A stretch of DNA of 64,000 nt, from assembly GCF_009914755.1 (NCBI RefSeq), contig NC_060925.1. One strand, given 5' to 3'. A program made the translations under genes and the position numbers. Positions within the stretch are counted from its first letter, which is position 1, and the number at the start of each line of letters is the position of its first letter. The DNA comes from the human T2T-CHM13v2.0 reference genome, Homo sapiens. Below are positions 13,493 to 33,915 of the stretch, piece by piece. Under the pieces are notes generated by a model. It was not told where the DNA came from. It saw only the letters and a program-made list of their open reading frames with translations, and did not search any database.

Positions 13493-13852
13493 TGATATGG
13501 TTAGGTTTTTTGTCCCCTTCCAAATTTCATCTTAAATTGTAACCCCCAGATGTTGAAGGAGAGACCTGATAGGAGGTGATAGGATTAGGGAGGCTGTTTC
13601 CCCTATGCTGTTCTTTTGATAATGAGTTCTCTTGAGTTTTGATGGTTTTATAAATATTAGTTTTCCTGCACTGTTCTCTGTCTTTCCTGTCACCTTGTGA
13701 AGAATGTGCCTGCTTCTCCTTCTGCCATTATTGCAAGTTTCCTGAGACCTCTCAAGCCATGTGTAATTGTGAGTCAATTAAACCTCCTTTTTCTTATAAA
13801 TTACCATGTCTCGGATAGTATTTTTATAGCATTGTGAAAATGGACTAATACA
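13493..13852 (+). mobile_element. Solo THE1 (THE1D-like) LTR inserted in L1MA ORF2
   Basis: tgatatggtt...gtgagtcaattaaacctc...ggactaataca; L1 ORF2 sequence continues on both sides. Confidence 0.88.
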
Positions 13853-14740
13853 CCCTGGGTTTGAAGGAGGGCTCAGCATATGTTAATCAATTATTGTGAT
13901 GTATCATATTAATATAATGAAGAATAAAAGCTGTACAATCCTTTCAATTGATGCTGAAAAAACATTTGTTGAAATTCAACACCACTTTCATGATAAAAAC
14001 CCTCAAGAAACTAGAGATGGAAGGAACATACCCCAGCATAATAAAAGTCATATATGACAGACCCACAGCTAGTATCATACTGAAGGGGGAAAAACTAAAA
14101 GCCTTTTCTTTAAGATCTGGAAAGCAACATAGATGCCCACTGTCACCTCTGTTATTCAACATACCACTGGAAGTCCTAGCTAGAGGAATCTGACAAAGAA
14201 AGATATAAAAGACATTCAAATTGGAAAAGAATAAGTCAAATTATACTTGTTTACAGATGATAGGATCTTATATTTGGAAATATCTAAGGATTCCATAAGA
14301 AAACTATTAGAACTGATAAACAAATTCAGTAAAGTTGCATGATACAAAATCAATATAAAAAATCAGTAGCATTTCTATATGCTAACAATAAACAATGTGA
14401 AAAAGAAATGTAAAAATAATCACATTTACAATAGCCACACCTAAAATTAAAGCCCTATGGATTAACCAAAGAAGTGAAAAATCTCTATAATAAAAACTAA
14501 AAAAACACTGATGAGATAAATTGAAGAGGACACCAAACATGGAAAATATTCCATGTTCATTGATTAAAAGAATCAATAATTTAAAACATCCTTATTGCAT
14601 AAAGCAATCTATGATTCAATGCAAACCTTATCAAAATACCAAGGACATTCTTCACAGAAATAGAAAAAACAATCCTACAATTTATATGGAACCACAAAAG
14701 ACCCAGATTACGCAAAGCTATTTTAACCAAGGCAAGAACA

Positions 14741-14895
14741 TCAGGAAGAATATCGAATGGACACTGGGCTTAAAACTTAGATGAAGGGATGATCTGTGCA
14801 GCAAACCACCATTGCACACATTTGCTTATGTAACAAACTGCACTTCCCTGCACATGTAACCCTGAACTTAAAATAAAAGTTAAAAAAGAAAAAAA
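14741..14895 (+). mobile_element. Short L1PA13-16-like 3' end with A-tail, nested in L1MA ORF2
   Basis: 'gatgatctgtgcagcaaaccacc...cctgaacttaaaataaaagttaaaaaa'; flanked by aagaaca (14734-14740 / 14896-14902). Confidence 0.85.
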
Positions 14896-17379
14896 AAGAA
14901 CAAAACTACAGGAATCACAATACCTGACTTCAAATTATACTACACAGCTGTAGTAACCAAAACAGCAAGGTACTGGCATAAAAACAGACACATAGACCAA
15001 GCAATGGAATAGGGGAACCCAGAAACAAATCCACAGATATACAGTGAACTTATTTCTGATATAGTTACTAAGAACATATAGTGGAGAATAGACAGGCTCC
15101 TCAATAAATGGGTTTGTTAACTAGATATCCATATGCAGAAGAATGAAACTAGACCACTATCTCTTGCCATATACAAAAATCAAATTAAAATAGATTAAAG
15201 ACTTAAATCTAAGACCTCAAACTATGAAACTACTATAAGAAAATTTTGGGGAGATGCTCCTGGACATTGGTGTGGGCAAAGAGTTCTTGAGCAATACACC
15301 ACCTGCACAGTCAATCAAAGCAAAACTTGACAAATGGAATCAAATTGGGTTACAAACCTTCTGCATAGCAAAGGATACAGTCAATAAAGTGTAGAGACAA
15401 CCCACAGAATGATAGAAAATGTTTGCAAACTACTCATCTGACAATGGATTAATATACAGAATATATAAGAAGCTCAAACAACTCTATAAGAAAAAATCTA
15501 ATAATCTGGTCAAAGAAATGGGCAAAAGATTTGAACAGACATTCCTCAAAGAAAGACAAACAAATGGAAAACAGACATAAAAAAGTGCTTAATATCAATG
15601 ATGATCAGAGAAATGCATATCGAAACAATGAGATATCATCTCACATCTCACCCCAGTTAAAATGGCTTATATCCAAAAGACAGGCAATAACAAATGCTGA
15701 AGAAGATGTGGAGCAAAGGAACCCTTATACACTGTTGGTGGTAATGCAAATTAGTACAGTCACTATGGAGAGCAGTTTGAGACTTCCTCAATAAACTAAG
15801 AATTGAACTACCATACAATCCAGCAATCCCACTGCCGGGTATATACACAAAAGAAAGAAAATCAGTGTATAGAAGAGATTTCTGCACTCCTATGTTTGTT
15901 GCACTGTTCACAATGTTTAAGATTTGAAAGCTACCTAAGTGTTCATTAGGAGATTACTGGATAAAGAAAATATGGTATATATACAAAATAGAGCACTATT
16001 CAGCCAAAAAAATAATGACAACCAGTCATTTGCAACAGCATGGATGGAACTGGAAATCATGATCTCAAGTGAAATAAGCCAGGTACGGAAAGGCAAACCT
16101 CACATTTTCACCTTTTGTTTGATCTCATGGACAGTGAGCATAGAAGGATGGTTACCAGCATCTTTGAAGGGTAGTGGGAGGCTGGGGAAAAGGTGAGGAT
16201 GATTATGGGTACAAAATAAAAAGTGGAAAGAATGAATAAGACCTACTATTTGATAGCACATCAGGGTGACTATAGTCAATAATAATTGTGTATTTTAAAA
16301 TAAAAAATAAGAGAAAATGGGCAAAATTTTCTTTGTGTATTTAGATAACTTGACGTCACATAGCTCCTTTTGCCTTAAGGAGATCAGCAGATTCACTATG
16401 ATTGTCACCATTTGTATGCTTTGCTGATGACCTGAAAACAGTAGATACACTCAGAAACCAGAAATAGCTTTTCATTGGTAAATACTACATGTTTTTTTGT
16501 AGATTATGACTGAAGAACATGTACAAATATTTTTTTAAAAAATGGATAGAATAGATATACTGCAAATGGTTTACTTTTACTGGGATTCTGTTCCTGTCTC
16601 TGTGTCCATATGCCCTTTCTTAGTGAAGACTCACAAAATGGCAAATACCAATATAATGGTGAAGACAAATTCACCCAAGAATAGAACTGACCTTAATGCA
16701 CTGACAAATTACTGATGTAGATATGTGAACAGACTCCGTTCCTAATTAAAAAGCCATGACTTTTGACTCCCAGGAACAAATACAACGTTTGGTTGGATGA
16801 TACTTTCCTCCACCTTACATTCTTCTTCACTTTTTCTAGGTTCACCGTGGAATAGAAAGTCTGAGTGGCAACTTGCTTATTTGGTTTATGATCATAGCTG
16901 CATGTATGGAAACTTAAGAATTCTGGTACAGGTTAATAATTTGGCACCTTTTCTTAGTAATATTTTTAATATTTGTCCAACATTTGCTTAGCAAAGACTA
17001 GGAAAAACTCATTATATATCAATAATTACATATTGCTTTATATTAAAATAAGGATTTACTACATGCACTGAATGGAACACATAATTAAGTAAAATTGTTA
17101 TATTTCTTGTCAGCTTTGTATCATTCCTAGGTGGCATTCCTAAGTAGCATTACTCTCTTGCCTAGAAAAGACATAATCTAGATAGATCTGTTTAGAGTCT
17201 GATGTTTAAAAAGTGGTTAATATTTTATTTTCTGACTTTCATGTTACTGAAATAGCACCTTTCTAAATTTACTGTTTCTGCTGACGGCAACTATCAATTT
17301 TAGTTGAATGTGAACTGATGCTTTTAGGATTATTGCCATTTCCTTTATTTCAAACCAATGAAAACTTAAAAGAAGTATC

Positions 17380-19790
<2,411 letters not shown>

Positions 19791-19813
19791 TACAGCTACT
19801 ACTAGGTGTTCTA

Positions 19814-21170
19814 GTGTGTAATCTTGCTTTTGTTCCACTGCAAAGGCAAAGCGTGTAACCAGGAATTGTTTGTAGGTTGTTTATTTAGGAGGTCATCCCA
19901 ATAAGTAGTAGTGAGAGAGTTAGATGTGTTGGAGAAGTGAATAAAAAAGCCAAAAAATAGATGTATTAAATAACTGGTTCTTTTTGTGGGCAACTGCTCA
20001 GGACTTCTGAGTAACTACAAAATGTGCTCAGAATTTTTACTATAAATGAAGACTGGCCCATTTATGTGCTAACTCTTATCCTTCTTTGTGTGCAGATAGG
20101 TCCAGAGGGCTTTATTTTTATGCATTTTTAGACCACACATGCAGGTAGGTTTAGCAAGCTTCCACGGTTTCAGAAAGAGCATCCGGCCAAAAAAAAAAAA
20201 AAAAAAAAAAAGAAAGAAAGAAAGAAATACCAACCATGCAAACAAACAAAAGCAAAGAGCGTTGAAAGGCACTTGAGATGAGATATGCCCACTTGCTCAA
20301 ATACTGCCCACCAGAGTTTGACTTAAATCAGAACAGCCCTGAGGGAATGTCACATGTGGCACCAAAAGAACGTTCTATAATGTACCCTTTGCACCAACAA
20401 AATATGTCCACTGTTTCTTCAAGTTTACTCTGGCTCTCACTCTCCAAACTGGTGTTCACCTGTTGTCTTTAAAAATGAATAATATGGAGGCTAGTGAAAC
20501 AAACTACAGTGTTCACTGATTTAGCTTGTCTCAAGGTGATAATTCATTATCTCTCTCTTTTATCCATCTTTCTAAAATTTTATCACTCCTTGTAAACATG
20601 TCAGCTGGACCAGGTGACTTGCTTGGTGGTATGGCACAGATTTTTATTACAGAGTATCCCAAGTCCTTGCTCTTTGTTCTTTTTTTGCTTGTCAGGTTGT
20701 GGCTGCTGCAGTTTTCTGTTCATTGTTTTCATCAGGCATGATAACAGCAAAAGACATTCATGTGGATTTTAGGCCTATTATACCTTGACCACATTATGTA
20801 GCAACACCCCTAATTCCTCAACATGATCAGAGTCAATTATACCTACCAGCATAGTAACTCATTTCTATGTCTATAGTCTACTGTCTTGAAGACCCTAAAA
20901 TGCCCTCACCGCCATGGTATTATATCGGATTTAATGCAATCCTTAACCTACCCACTGGTGGAAGTGCCCACCTGCTGGGATCTAACACCAATAATCCAGG
21001 ATTCCTATAGTAATAAATACAGATAGGACAAATTCCATAGGAGAGTCACTGGGAGTGATGGTGGAATAGTTTATCTCTAACTTCTTGTTTCCTAGACCCA
21101 TCTAGGCTAGCTGTTGAAGGCACAGCAATATATGTGGCCCTTTGGCTAAATAAATATATAATAACACCCT
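19814..21170. mobile_element. Old MLT1-type MaLR LTR plus internal remnant
   Basis: 'aggttgtttatttaggaggtcatccca' is an MLT1-like LTR motif; the downstream sequence resembles MLT1-int/ERVL; heavily diverged. Confidence 0.45.
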
Positions 21171-21175
21171 AAAGG

Positions 21176-21373
21176 AAAGTATTTTTAATTAAGATTTGTA
21201 CATTGTTCTTTTAGACATAATGCTATTGCACACGTATTCAATTATGTCATAGTGTAAACATCATTTTTATATGCACTAGAAAATCAAAAAATTTGTGTGA
21301 CTCACTTTGTTGTACTATTCACTTTAATGTGGTAGTTTGTAACTGAACCCACAATATCTCAGAGGTATGCCTG
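21176..21373 (+). mobile_element. Tigger1 3' terminal fragment
   Basis: 'tagacataatgctattgcacac...aacccacaatatctcagaggtatgcctg' matches the Tigger1 right end and TIR. Confidence 0.85.
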
Positions 21374-21699
21374 CATTATATTTTGCATATGGTTTCTTAT
21401 ATGATCTCCAAATACCCTCTAAAATTAGTATTAATATCACAATTTTACAGTAAACATAATTTAGGCATGTAAATATTTACCAACAAACACATTAATGAGA
21501 GGTTTGTATAGGGAAGAAGGAGTAATATTTTTTCTTCCTGTTACAAAGTTCATGGCTAATGTTCCTATGGCATAGACAGATTAACAAGAGAATATTACAC
21601 TAATTTATTTAATAATACAGGTGATATGGGAGCCTTAAGAAATGAAGAAACAAATACAGGGGAAACTGTATTGTTATGGACAATGATTGAGAAGTGTTA

Positions 21700-25739
<4,040 letters not shown>

Positions 25740-26029
25740 TTAGCACCGCCTGTTTGTTCAGATTCTACTTGTTTTCAGGGTATAAGAGTATAAGGTAGGA
25801 GCTCTCTGGAATGAAGGTCTTATGATCTACTTTCTCAGGAGGAAAGACAGAGAAGGTCAGAGAGTTAACTTCCTGCTTTGTGTTTTTCTCAATTCCTTCA
25901 GTTTTAAAAACTCAGTATGGCAAGTTGTCATATGTTGAGGTATTGTGTTCTGAGCTCTGAAACTTGGCTGTTGTTCAAACTTATGAGCATTTTACTCCAG
26001 TGCACATGTTCTTGCTGAGTGTAAGACAC

Positions 26030-26320
26030 CATATACAAAGGACTTAAAACTGTATGATTCTCTTTATATATAGATAAATATATATTTTAATAAAATGCAA
26101 ATTAATATATAAAAAAAGAAAGCAGACAGGGAGGCAGGGACATAAAGAGTGATAGACTGTGTGGAGGACCAAAAGCCTTCTGAGGTTGTTGGAAACATTT
26201 TGTACTGATTATGTTGATGGCTTCAAGGACGTTTATATCTGACAATACTCAAGAAGCTATACACTTTAAACATAATTATTTACATAGTGGTATATAAATT
26301 ATGCCTCAATAAAACAAATA
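26030..26320 (+). mobile_element. Ancient L1ME-like 3' end
   Basis: 'tgtatgattc...ggaaacattttgtac...tacactttaa...aaattatgcctcaataaaa'. Confidence 0.55.
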
Positions 26321-27885
26321 CATTTCACTAATTATAAAAATAAGACACTCCTTGTACATATAAAATACAAAATAGTATAAATATAACAATAAAAATTTTC
26401 CATCAATAGTTTTCATTTAGTGCTGGTTTTCTTTTACATTTTTCTGCTACACACAGATATGGGTGCATATTTGTATAAATGGAAATTTTTACTACATATA
26501 TACTCAATGTAATAACAGTTTTTATGTTCCAGCAAATTTTGCTTATGTATACACTCTTCTTTGTAAAGCTTCAAGTATTGTAAAATTATTGGAAATAAAA
26601 ATACATGAAGAAAAACAAACCCACAAACACATATCGCAAATACAAAGCTATTCTCTTAACAGAGATGGATATTTTAAGCAATAAGGTAATATTGTGCTAT
26701 CAAAATTTGAAATGGTTTTATTGATGAAGTTATACTAAGATAGACCATGCATATGCATAAAGTATGAACTATTAAAAAGAAAACAAGAAAATATGGGTAG
26801 AAGGAGCTTTTTGACAGCAATTTATCTATACTTACAAAAAGCCATAGCAAAATTCATACTTTCTACATAGTTGTTTGACTAAGAATTATTCATGAGGAAA
26901 GTAATCAGTAATTCAGTAAAAATCTAGGTACAAAGATGTTGAAGCAATACTTTTAAAACTGACAAAATTTTTACATAACTTAATTGTCTAACAGTAGAAG
27001 AATAATTATAAAGAAGAAAACAGCCTCAATAATAAACAGAACTTCATGTCATGTTAAAATCTCAACTAATACTAAAAAATTTGTGATATTTACCTCCCTG
27101 TGTTAACATCAGTCATAGATCTAAAATACATACTGGACAAATCATGTAACCTGTTATGAGTATTACATTTATGCAGCTTTAAAAAATTAATTAATGAAGA
27201 TAAATTTTTCTCTCCCTTTTTTAGTTGAGGATACAATCTTACCTCCCTGACCTTTGGTCACAAAAATCTTTCTCACCTCTTGACTCAAACAATTATAAGG
27301 GAAGGTAATTTATTATATTTGTCTATGAAGAAACTTAATATATTCAGTGTGGAAAGATAGTAATGTGTGGCTCACTTATTACCTTCTCAGAATTAAGTTT
27401 TTATAGAAGGTAAGGATCTATTTTTATTGTTAATTGGTGGTATTTTTTACAACTTTTATGTAAATTATTTACAAAAACATAATATGATATGAAGGCATTT
27501 AAATCATAATTTCAAATAACAAAATAATTACAAATATTTTGATATATATCATAAAACATTATATATTATAATATATAATTCTGAGTTCAAAAGACAGCAC
27601 ACAATTCTGGATCCAATCTAAAAGGGGAAAATAAAGAATACCTCAAGATTGAATTAAGAATATGCAGTGTAAAAAATCTAATTGTCAAATATAAGCACAG
27701 CTGACAAAGGCAAAAATAGACAATGAGATTGCATAAAAATTTTTAAAAAGCTATGCACAGCAATAAAAAATAATTAACAGAGTCTAAAGGTAACTTATGG
27801 ATTGTGAGAAAATATTTGCAAGACATACAGACAATGTGTTAATGTCCAGAATACATAAGGAACTCAAAAAGCTCTATAAACGAGA

Positions 27886-28804
27886 AACAGAATGGGAGAA
27901 AATATTTGCAAACTATGCATCTAATGGTTAATATCGTGAATCTACAAGAAACTCAATCAAAACAACAAAAAATCAAATACCACCAAAAAGTGGTGAAAGC
28001 ACATGAACATTTTTCAAAAGAGGATATACAAGAGGCAACAAGCATATGAAAAAATGCTCAACATCACTAATCATCCTAGAAATGCAAGTTAAGACCACAA
28101 TGAAATACCATCAGAATGGCCGTTACAAAAAAGTGAAAAAACAACATAAGTTGGTGAGGATGTGGAGAAAAGGGCACACTTACACTCCGTGGCAATGTAA
28201 ATTAGTACAACTTTCATGCCAAACAGTATAAAAATTTCTGAAAGAACTAAAAATACAACTATCATTGATCCAGCAGTCCCACTGCTGGGCATCTACCCAA
28301 AGGAAAAGAAATTATATCAAAAAGTTACCTACACTCATATGATTATAGCAGCCCTATTCACAATAGCAAAACTACAGAATCAACCAAAGCATCAATGAAT
28401 TATTGAATAAAAAAATATGGACTATATACACCATGGAATACTACTTAGCTGTAAAAAAATAAAAACACGTCTTATGCAACAGCATGGATATTGCTGGGGC
28501 TCATTGTTCTAAGTGAAATAACTCAGAACCAGAAAGTTAAAAACCACATGCTCTCACTTATAAGTGGGAAGTAAACAATGAGTACATATGGACATTCGGA
28601 GTAGAAAAAATAGATACTAGAGACTCCAAAAGGTAGGAGGGTGGGAGGGGGGTGAGAGATGAAAAACTACCTATTGGGTACAATGTACACTATTTGGGTG
28701 ACGGGTACCGTAAAGGCTCCTACTCCACCATTATGCCATATATCTATGCAACACAATCTGCACTTGTATTCCATAAATGTATAAAAAATACACATTTTAA
28801 AAAA
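27886..28804 (+). mobile_element. L1PB (PB3/4-like) 3' fragment nested in the L1MA
   Basis: Restart at 'cagaatgggagaaaatatttgcaaactatgcatct'; 3' UTR 'gaaaaactacctattgggtacaatgtacactatttgggtgacggg'. Confidence 0.8.
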
Positions 28805-29284
28805 TCAATTGGAAGGAAACAATCTAATTTAAAAAATGGGCAAGTCATCTGAACAGACACTTCTTAAAAGAAAATATGCAAATGGCCAATAGATATATTA
28901 AACGATGCTCAACTTCACCAACTGTTAGAAAAAATGCAAATTAAAACCATACTCTTTTTGAAATGGCTATCATGAAACAGATAAAGATAACAAGAGTGAC
29001 AAGAATGTGGAGAAAATGAAACACTTATATGCTATTGTTGAGAATGTAAATTCATACAGACATTATGGAAAACAGTATGGAGGGCCCTCAAAAGAACTAA
29101 AAACACAGCTATCTTATTATCCAGCAATCCCACTTCCACATATTTACCCAAAAGATTTGAAAGTAGTGTATCAAGAGATATCTATACTCCCATTTTCATT
29201 GCCATATTATTCACAATAGTCAAGTTATGAAATCAACCTAAAAGTGTGCATCAAAAGTTGAATGTCAAGATACTGTGGTATATA

Positions 29285-29639
29285 CAATTGTCCCTTGTTA
29301 TCTTTAGGAGACTGATTCCAGGAACGCTACCCCACATCTGCACATACCAAAATCCACAGTTGCTTAAGCCCTTTAGGTAAAATGGTGTTGTATTTGCATA
29401 TAACTTAAGTGCATCCTTCAACATAAATTAAATTATCTCTAAATTACTTATAATAACTAATGCCACATAAATTCTTTTAAAATAGTTGTTATACTATATT
29501 GTTTAGAAAGAAGTCTATACTTGTACATGTATATACATGTACAGGTGTAACCATCACTTTAAAAATTATTCCAAATATATTCAATTCACATTTTCTTGAA
29601 TCCAAGGAAGCAGAAACTATGGATATGGAAAGCCTGCTT
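29285..29639 (+). mobile_element. MER2 (TcMar-Tigger MITE)
   Basis: 'caattgtcccttgttatc...ttccagga...ataccaaaatcc...tatttgcatataac...ggatatggaaagcc'; TA flanks. Confidence 0.85.
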
Positions 29640-31214
29640 ATACACAAGGAATACTATTCAGCCTTTATAAAGAAATAAATTTTGTCACATTGTGACAACG
29701 TGGATGGAATTGGAGAACATTACACTAAGTGAAATAAGCCATGCACAGAAAGACAATAACATGTTCTCAGTTCTGTGTGGAATCTAAAATAATCAACCCC
29801 AGAAGCAGAGAGCAGAATGGTGGTTTACCAGAGACCAATGGGAGTTAGGGGTTTGGGAGTGGGTGATGGAGAAAATAGGGAAATTATGGTCAAAGGGTAG
29901 AACGCTTTAATTAGACAGGAGCAATCAGTTTATTTATTTATTTTTTGAAGCTATGTTGAACAGCATGGTGAATGTGGTAAATAATAATGTATTGTATATT
30001 TCAAAATCACTAAGTAAATTTCAAATGTTGTCACCACAAAAAAAGATAGGTATTTGAAGTGACAAATGTGTTAATTAAATTAATTATTTCACATTGCATT
30101 CATATCACTTTGTACTCCAGAAATACATACAAACATAATTTTTCAATTTACAATTAAAAAATAAGAAAAAAGAAAAAAAGCAAATATAATAATAAGTAGG
30201 CAAGTAGTATATGGTTGTAACCGTACTTTTGAATTTCTGTGGTTTTTCTTTCTTTTCTATTTTTTAATATTTTTAAGCACACAAGGAGAGTTGGGTAGTG
30301 TATAATACCTTCGTGTCTTCTTCAAGTACTCTTCTTAAACCCCTACCCCAGAGTCTAAATTCTGTTCTTCCTTAAGGTTAATGTGTACCTTCTAGTTTAA
30401 AAAGTAAAAAGCCTTTACCAGTGGCTTTGGCTCATACCCTACATGTGTGAAGTTCTAAGAGAGTATATATTTAAAGTAATTGCATTATGTATTATTACAA
30501 CAAAAATTTATCAATGACTTTTTATGTGGTAAATTCTGAAATTTTAAGATAAAATACAGAATAATTGTGAGATAGCTCATAAATTAGTTGAGAAACAAAG
30601 ACACCACTTCAACCAAATGTAAAAATGCTTTAAACAAGTAAAAACACTTTTATGTTGGGGGTCCAGAATACATAAAACATAGATGGGGATAGGGAGGGTT
30701 AGAACATTTTATGAACGATTGATTTTTGAAGGATGAATTGAATTTTACTGTTAAAGAATGCAGTATAAAAGGCAGAATAAGTGTAATGTAAAAATGCATT
30801 CTTTTAGAAAAAAATAGAGTATCGAATGAGATACGAATTTTTCCATAGAACTAAAACATAAAGTTCAAGATGGCAAGTAGAAATAGATGAGGCTAACGTG
30901 ACAGGAAGCTGCCAAGTCACAGAGGGATGGAAATGTAAAAATAATTGTAACTTCCTTTTAAGGAAGATGGAGAAAATTGAATAACTTTAATCTGTGGATA
31001 TAACTAGCTCAAAATTTTGATATATGATATAATGGTATAACCAGCTTAGCATTTTAGCAAGGTCAAGCTGGCAACTGTGTATGAACTTGAAGTGGATGAA
31101 GAATAGAGAAAAATGCTAGATAGGAGGCTGTTGGAATAATTTAAAAGGAAGATGATAAAGGTTTGACTGAGGTGATAATGGAATGGATAAAATAGAGTAA
31201 ATTATAAGGACTGT

Positions 31215-31475
31215 AGTAATGATACCTAATCCTGTGTGTATAATAAAGTGCTCATTGTGTGCCAGAGTTTATTCTAAGTGTGTGTGTGTTTACTTATTTA
31301 ATGTTCACAAAATATATGCACTAGGTACTGTTATTCTTCACAATTTATAGATGAGAATACTAAAGCAAGGAGACAATTAAATCACTCAGGATCAAATAGC
31401 TAGAAAGAAAGATCTGGAACCAAGATTTGAAGTCCAACATTTTTGCTCCAGAGTCCTAAGAACTACTATGCCATA
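31215..31475 (-). mobile_element. MIR SINE
   Basis: Core 'taggtactgttatt...tttatagatgagaatactaaagc...agatttgaa'. Confidence 0.7.
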
Positions 31476-33432
31476 TTGACTTGCTTAGTAGTGGAGACAT
31501 CGGACAAAGGACAAATAGAAAGAGTTTATTCACTAATTAGAATGGATTGCAAAAAAAAGAGACAATTTATCACATACATTTAGCTTGTGGAAGAAATTAG
31601 GTCATTACTTTATGTTAACTACATATGTGAAGGAAAAGCCTGTTTATTTAAGGGTCATAAGGCCGTAACCAGGAGCTGAACCTTTCTGGTGGTAACTTAT
31701 TCCAATTCCTGAAAGAGTATATGTGAAAAAAAAGAAAGAAATACTCAAAGAATTGCTTAGAATTACTTTACAAATTAAAGACTACAAATGACTGTAATTA
31801 TAATTGCTGCCGACCAGTACACGCAAAAAAACATTATTCTTTTTCATTAATACTATGAAAATAGCTGACTCCCTTAAATCATATTTCCCTTGATTCCTAG
31901 AAAAATGACTCAAAAATGCAAACACAATGTCATTCTTGCCACCTTGTCCGTTTACTTAGTAACCAGCGAATAACTGAAGAAGGGCATGTAGTTAACCGTT
32001 TCTCTAAATTAATTCATGTGTACAAACAGGGTACAGATACACTTTAAACTGGTGCTCTGATAGTCAGTGTTCTCACAGATTTTTTATTAGAGCCTGAGGT
32101 GCTAATGTTAAACATCCCTAACACCTACAGTTGGGAAAGAGACCAGCAAATACTGTGAAATTCACAGAAATACAAAATTTCTTGTAGTAAAATAACTCTG
32201 CAAGAGAGATTTAAAAAGAATGTTCACGTCCTTAAAATAATTTGAGCACAAACTTGGCTATATCTGTGTAACTGTCATCTATGCTAGAAACAATGATATC
32301 ATAACCTGTTTCCAGCGGCCCTCTGATTCTAAATTCTACCTATGAGCCGACCTAGATTTCCTGAGAACGCCCTCCGTGTGCTGGTTTGCCTGGCTGCTCC
32401 TCCCTCCAGTTTCAGAGCTCCTTGTTCATCAAACTTACCTACCTGCTTACTCTGAATTTTCTCCCCCCAGTTCAGTACTTTTCGGAGAACTAGGTTACAG
32501 GTACATGTCTTATCAACACTCTATGCAGACAGCTATAGTGAACACTACTTTTGTACTGGTTGTAACTGTTTGCCATTTAATTTTAAATCTACCTTCTGGC
32601 CTTTAGGACCTGTCTAAATCTGTCTGCCAGGAAGGACAAGGAGCATTATCACCTCTTCACAGCCTTCATCACAGTGAAGAGCTTGAGGCTATGTGGATAT
32701 CGTATTCTTTCAGCTTGTCTCCTAAAAACCCAGTCTGCCTTTGCTGTTTTCATTTTTTTCTACTTTTTTAATCTATCAGAGCAGTGTTGTACAGGATGTG
32801 GTTTGTGAGAGACCCAAGTCTGGGGCTCCAATTAGAAAGAGTTGAATGAAACTATAAGCCAGGATAACTGCAATCTGTCTACCATTAACGTCTTAGACTC
32901 CCAGTGTTGTCAGTGTTGAATAGGTGAGGCGTATAGGGAAAAGTAAAAAGACTTGTTTAGTCACTCTTGGTATGTAAGTTAGGCAAATTCAACTGCTTCC
33001 CCTTCCTGCTTCACAAGTAAGCTTTGGCATAGATCCTCCCTCATAACTATCATACTACAAATATGGCATATTTTACAACACTGCTCTCTTATTACTATTT
33101 AAAAAAATTAAAACAGTTTAAATTTTTTAACTGTAATAAGTAACACAAATGAGGTCACATTGGATAATATACCACCTTTAAAACAACAGGAAAATTATAT
33201 TTTATGTCTATGAATCCAAATGAAACCTATTTAGATGCTTTTCAGTTGTAATCCACAAACTACACAGTAAGAAAAACGGACTAGGGTATTTATTTTTATT
33301 TAATTTCTCATTATCCTTTGTTTGAATGACTTTGATTTTTTGTTTAGATAATGCTTTAATACGATATTTTTTTACTGCCATTACAGCCACCTGTTCCTAT
33401 TTGCTAAGATTCAATGAGAAAATATTAGCACT

Positions 33433-33471
33433 GTTTTAGTCAGGATATTCCCAAGAAACAGGAGCAATGGG

Positions 33472-33516
<45 letters not shown>

Positions 33517-33915
33517 TGTGTGTGTGTGTGTATATGTGCATAGAAAGAGAGAGAGAAAGATTAAGATTTATTTTAAGGAATTGGCTCCCATGATTGTGAA
33601 AGTTTGAAAGTAAAAACTGTGGAGTAGGACAGTAGGCTGGAGACACAGGATGAGCTGCAATGGGGGTTCAAAGGCAGTTTTCTGGCAGAATTCTTTCTTG
33701 TTCCAAGGATGGGGTGGGCTCTTTGTTCTATTAAGGATTTCAACTGTTCAGATGAGGTCCACCCACATTATGAAGGCAATCTGCTATACTCAAAATTCAC
33801 CAATTAAGATACTAATCTCTTCCACAACACACCTTCACAGGCACATCCAGAGTAACATTTAACAAAATATGTTGTCACCGTGATCCAGCCACACTGACAT
33901 ACAATTAACATTATA
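33433..33915 (-). mobile_element. MLT2 (C/D-like) solo LTR with compound (GT)n(GA)n microsatellite at ~33472-33560
   Basis: 'tgttttagtcagg...gatttattttaaggaattggctc...gatgaggtccacccacattatgaaggcaatctgct...attaacattata'. Confidence 0.8.

Larger units (their letters stand above)
7869..16322 (+). mobile_element. Near full-length old L1 (L1MA1-3-like): ~2-kb 5' UTR, decayed ORF1 (~9905-10855) and ORF2 (~11335-16110), with nested insertions
   Basis: Starts 'gggaggcagagcaagatggc'; ORF1 remnant MSRHQRISTSINIIQEKMTSPNELNK; ORF2 EN/RT remnants ([23 protein letters not shown]); L1MA-type 3' UTR 'gaatgaataagacctactatttgatagcac'; TSD-like pair 7855-7868 / 16323-16336. Confidence 0.85.
27690..30180 (+). 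mobile_element. L1MA6-like 3' portion interrupted by L1PB and MER2
   Basis: ORF2 tail motifs; 3' UTR 'taaatttcaaatgttgtcaccacaaaaaaag...caatttacaattaaaaaa'. Confidence 0.75.

Noticed and set aside
32310-32330. CTCF-like site (reverse complement cagagggccgctgg); also tagtagagggtgct near 44036
   Set aside because: Both mismatch the core motif in spacing or at the CC positions.
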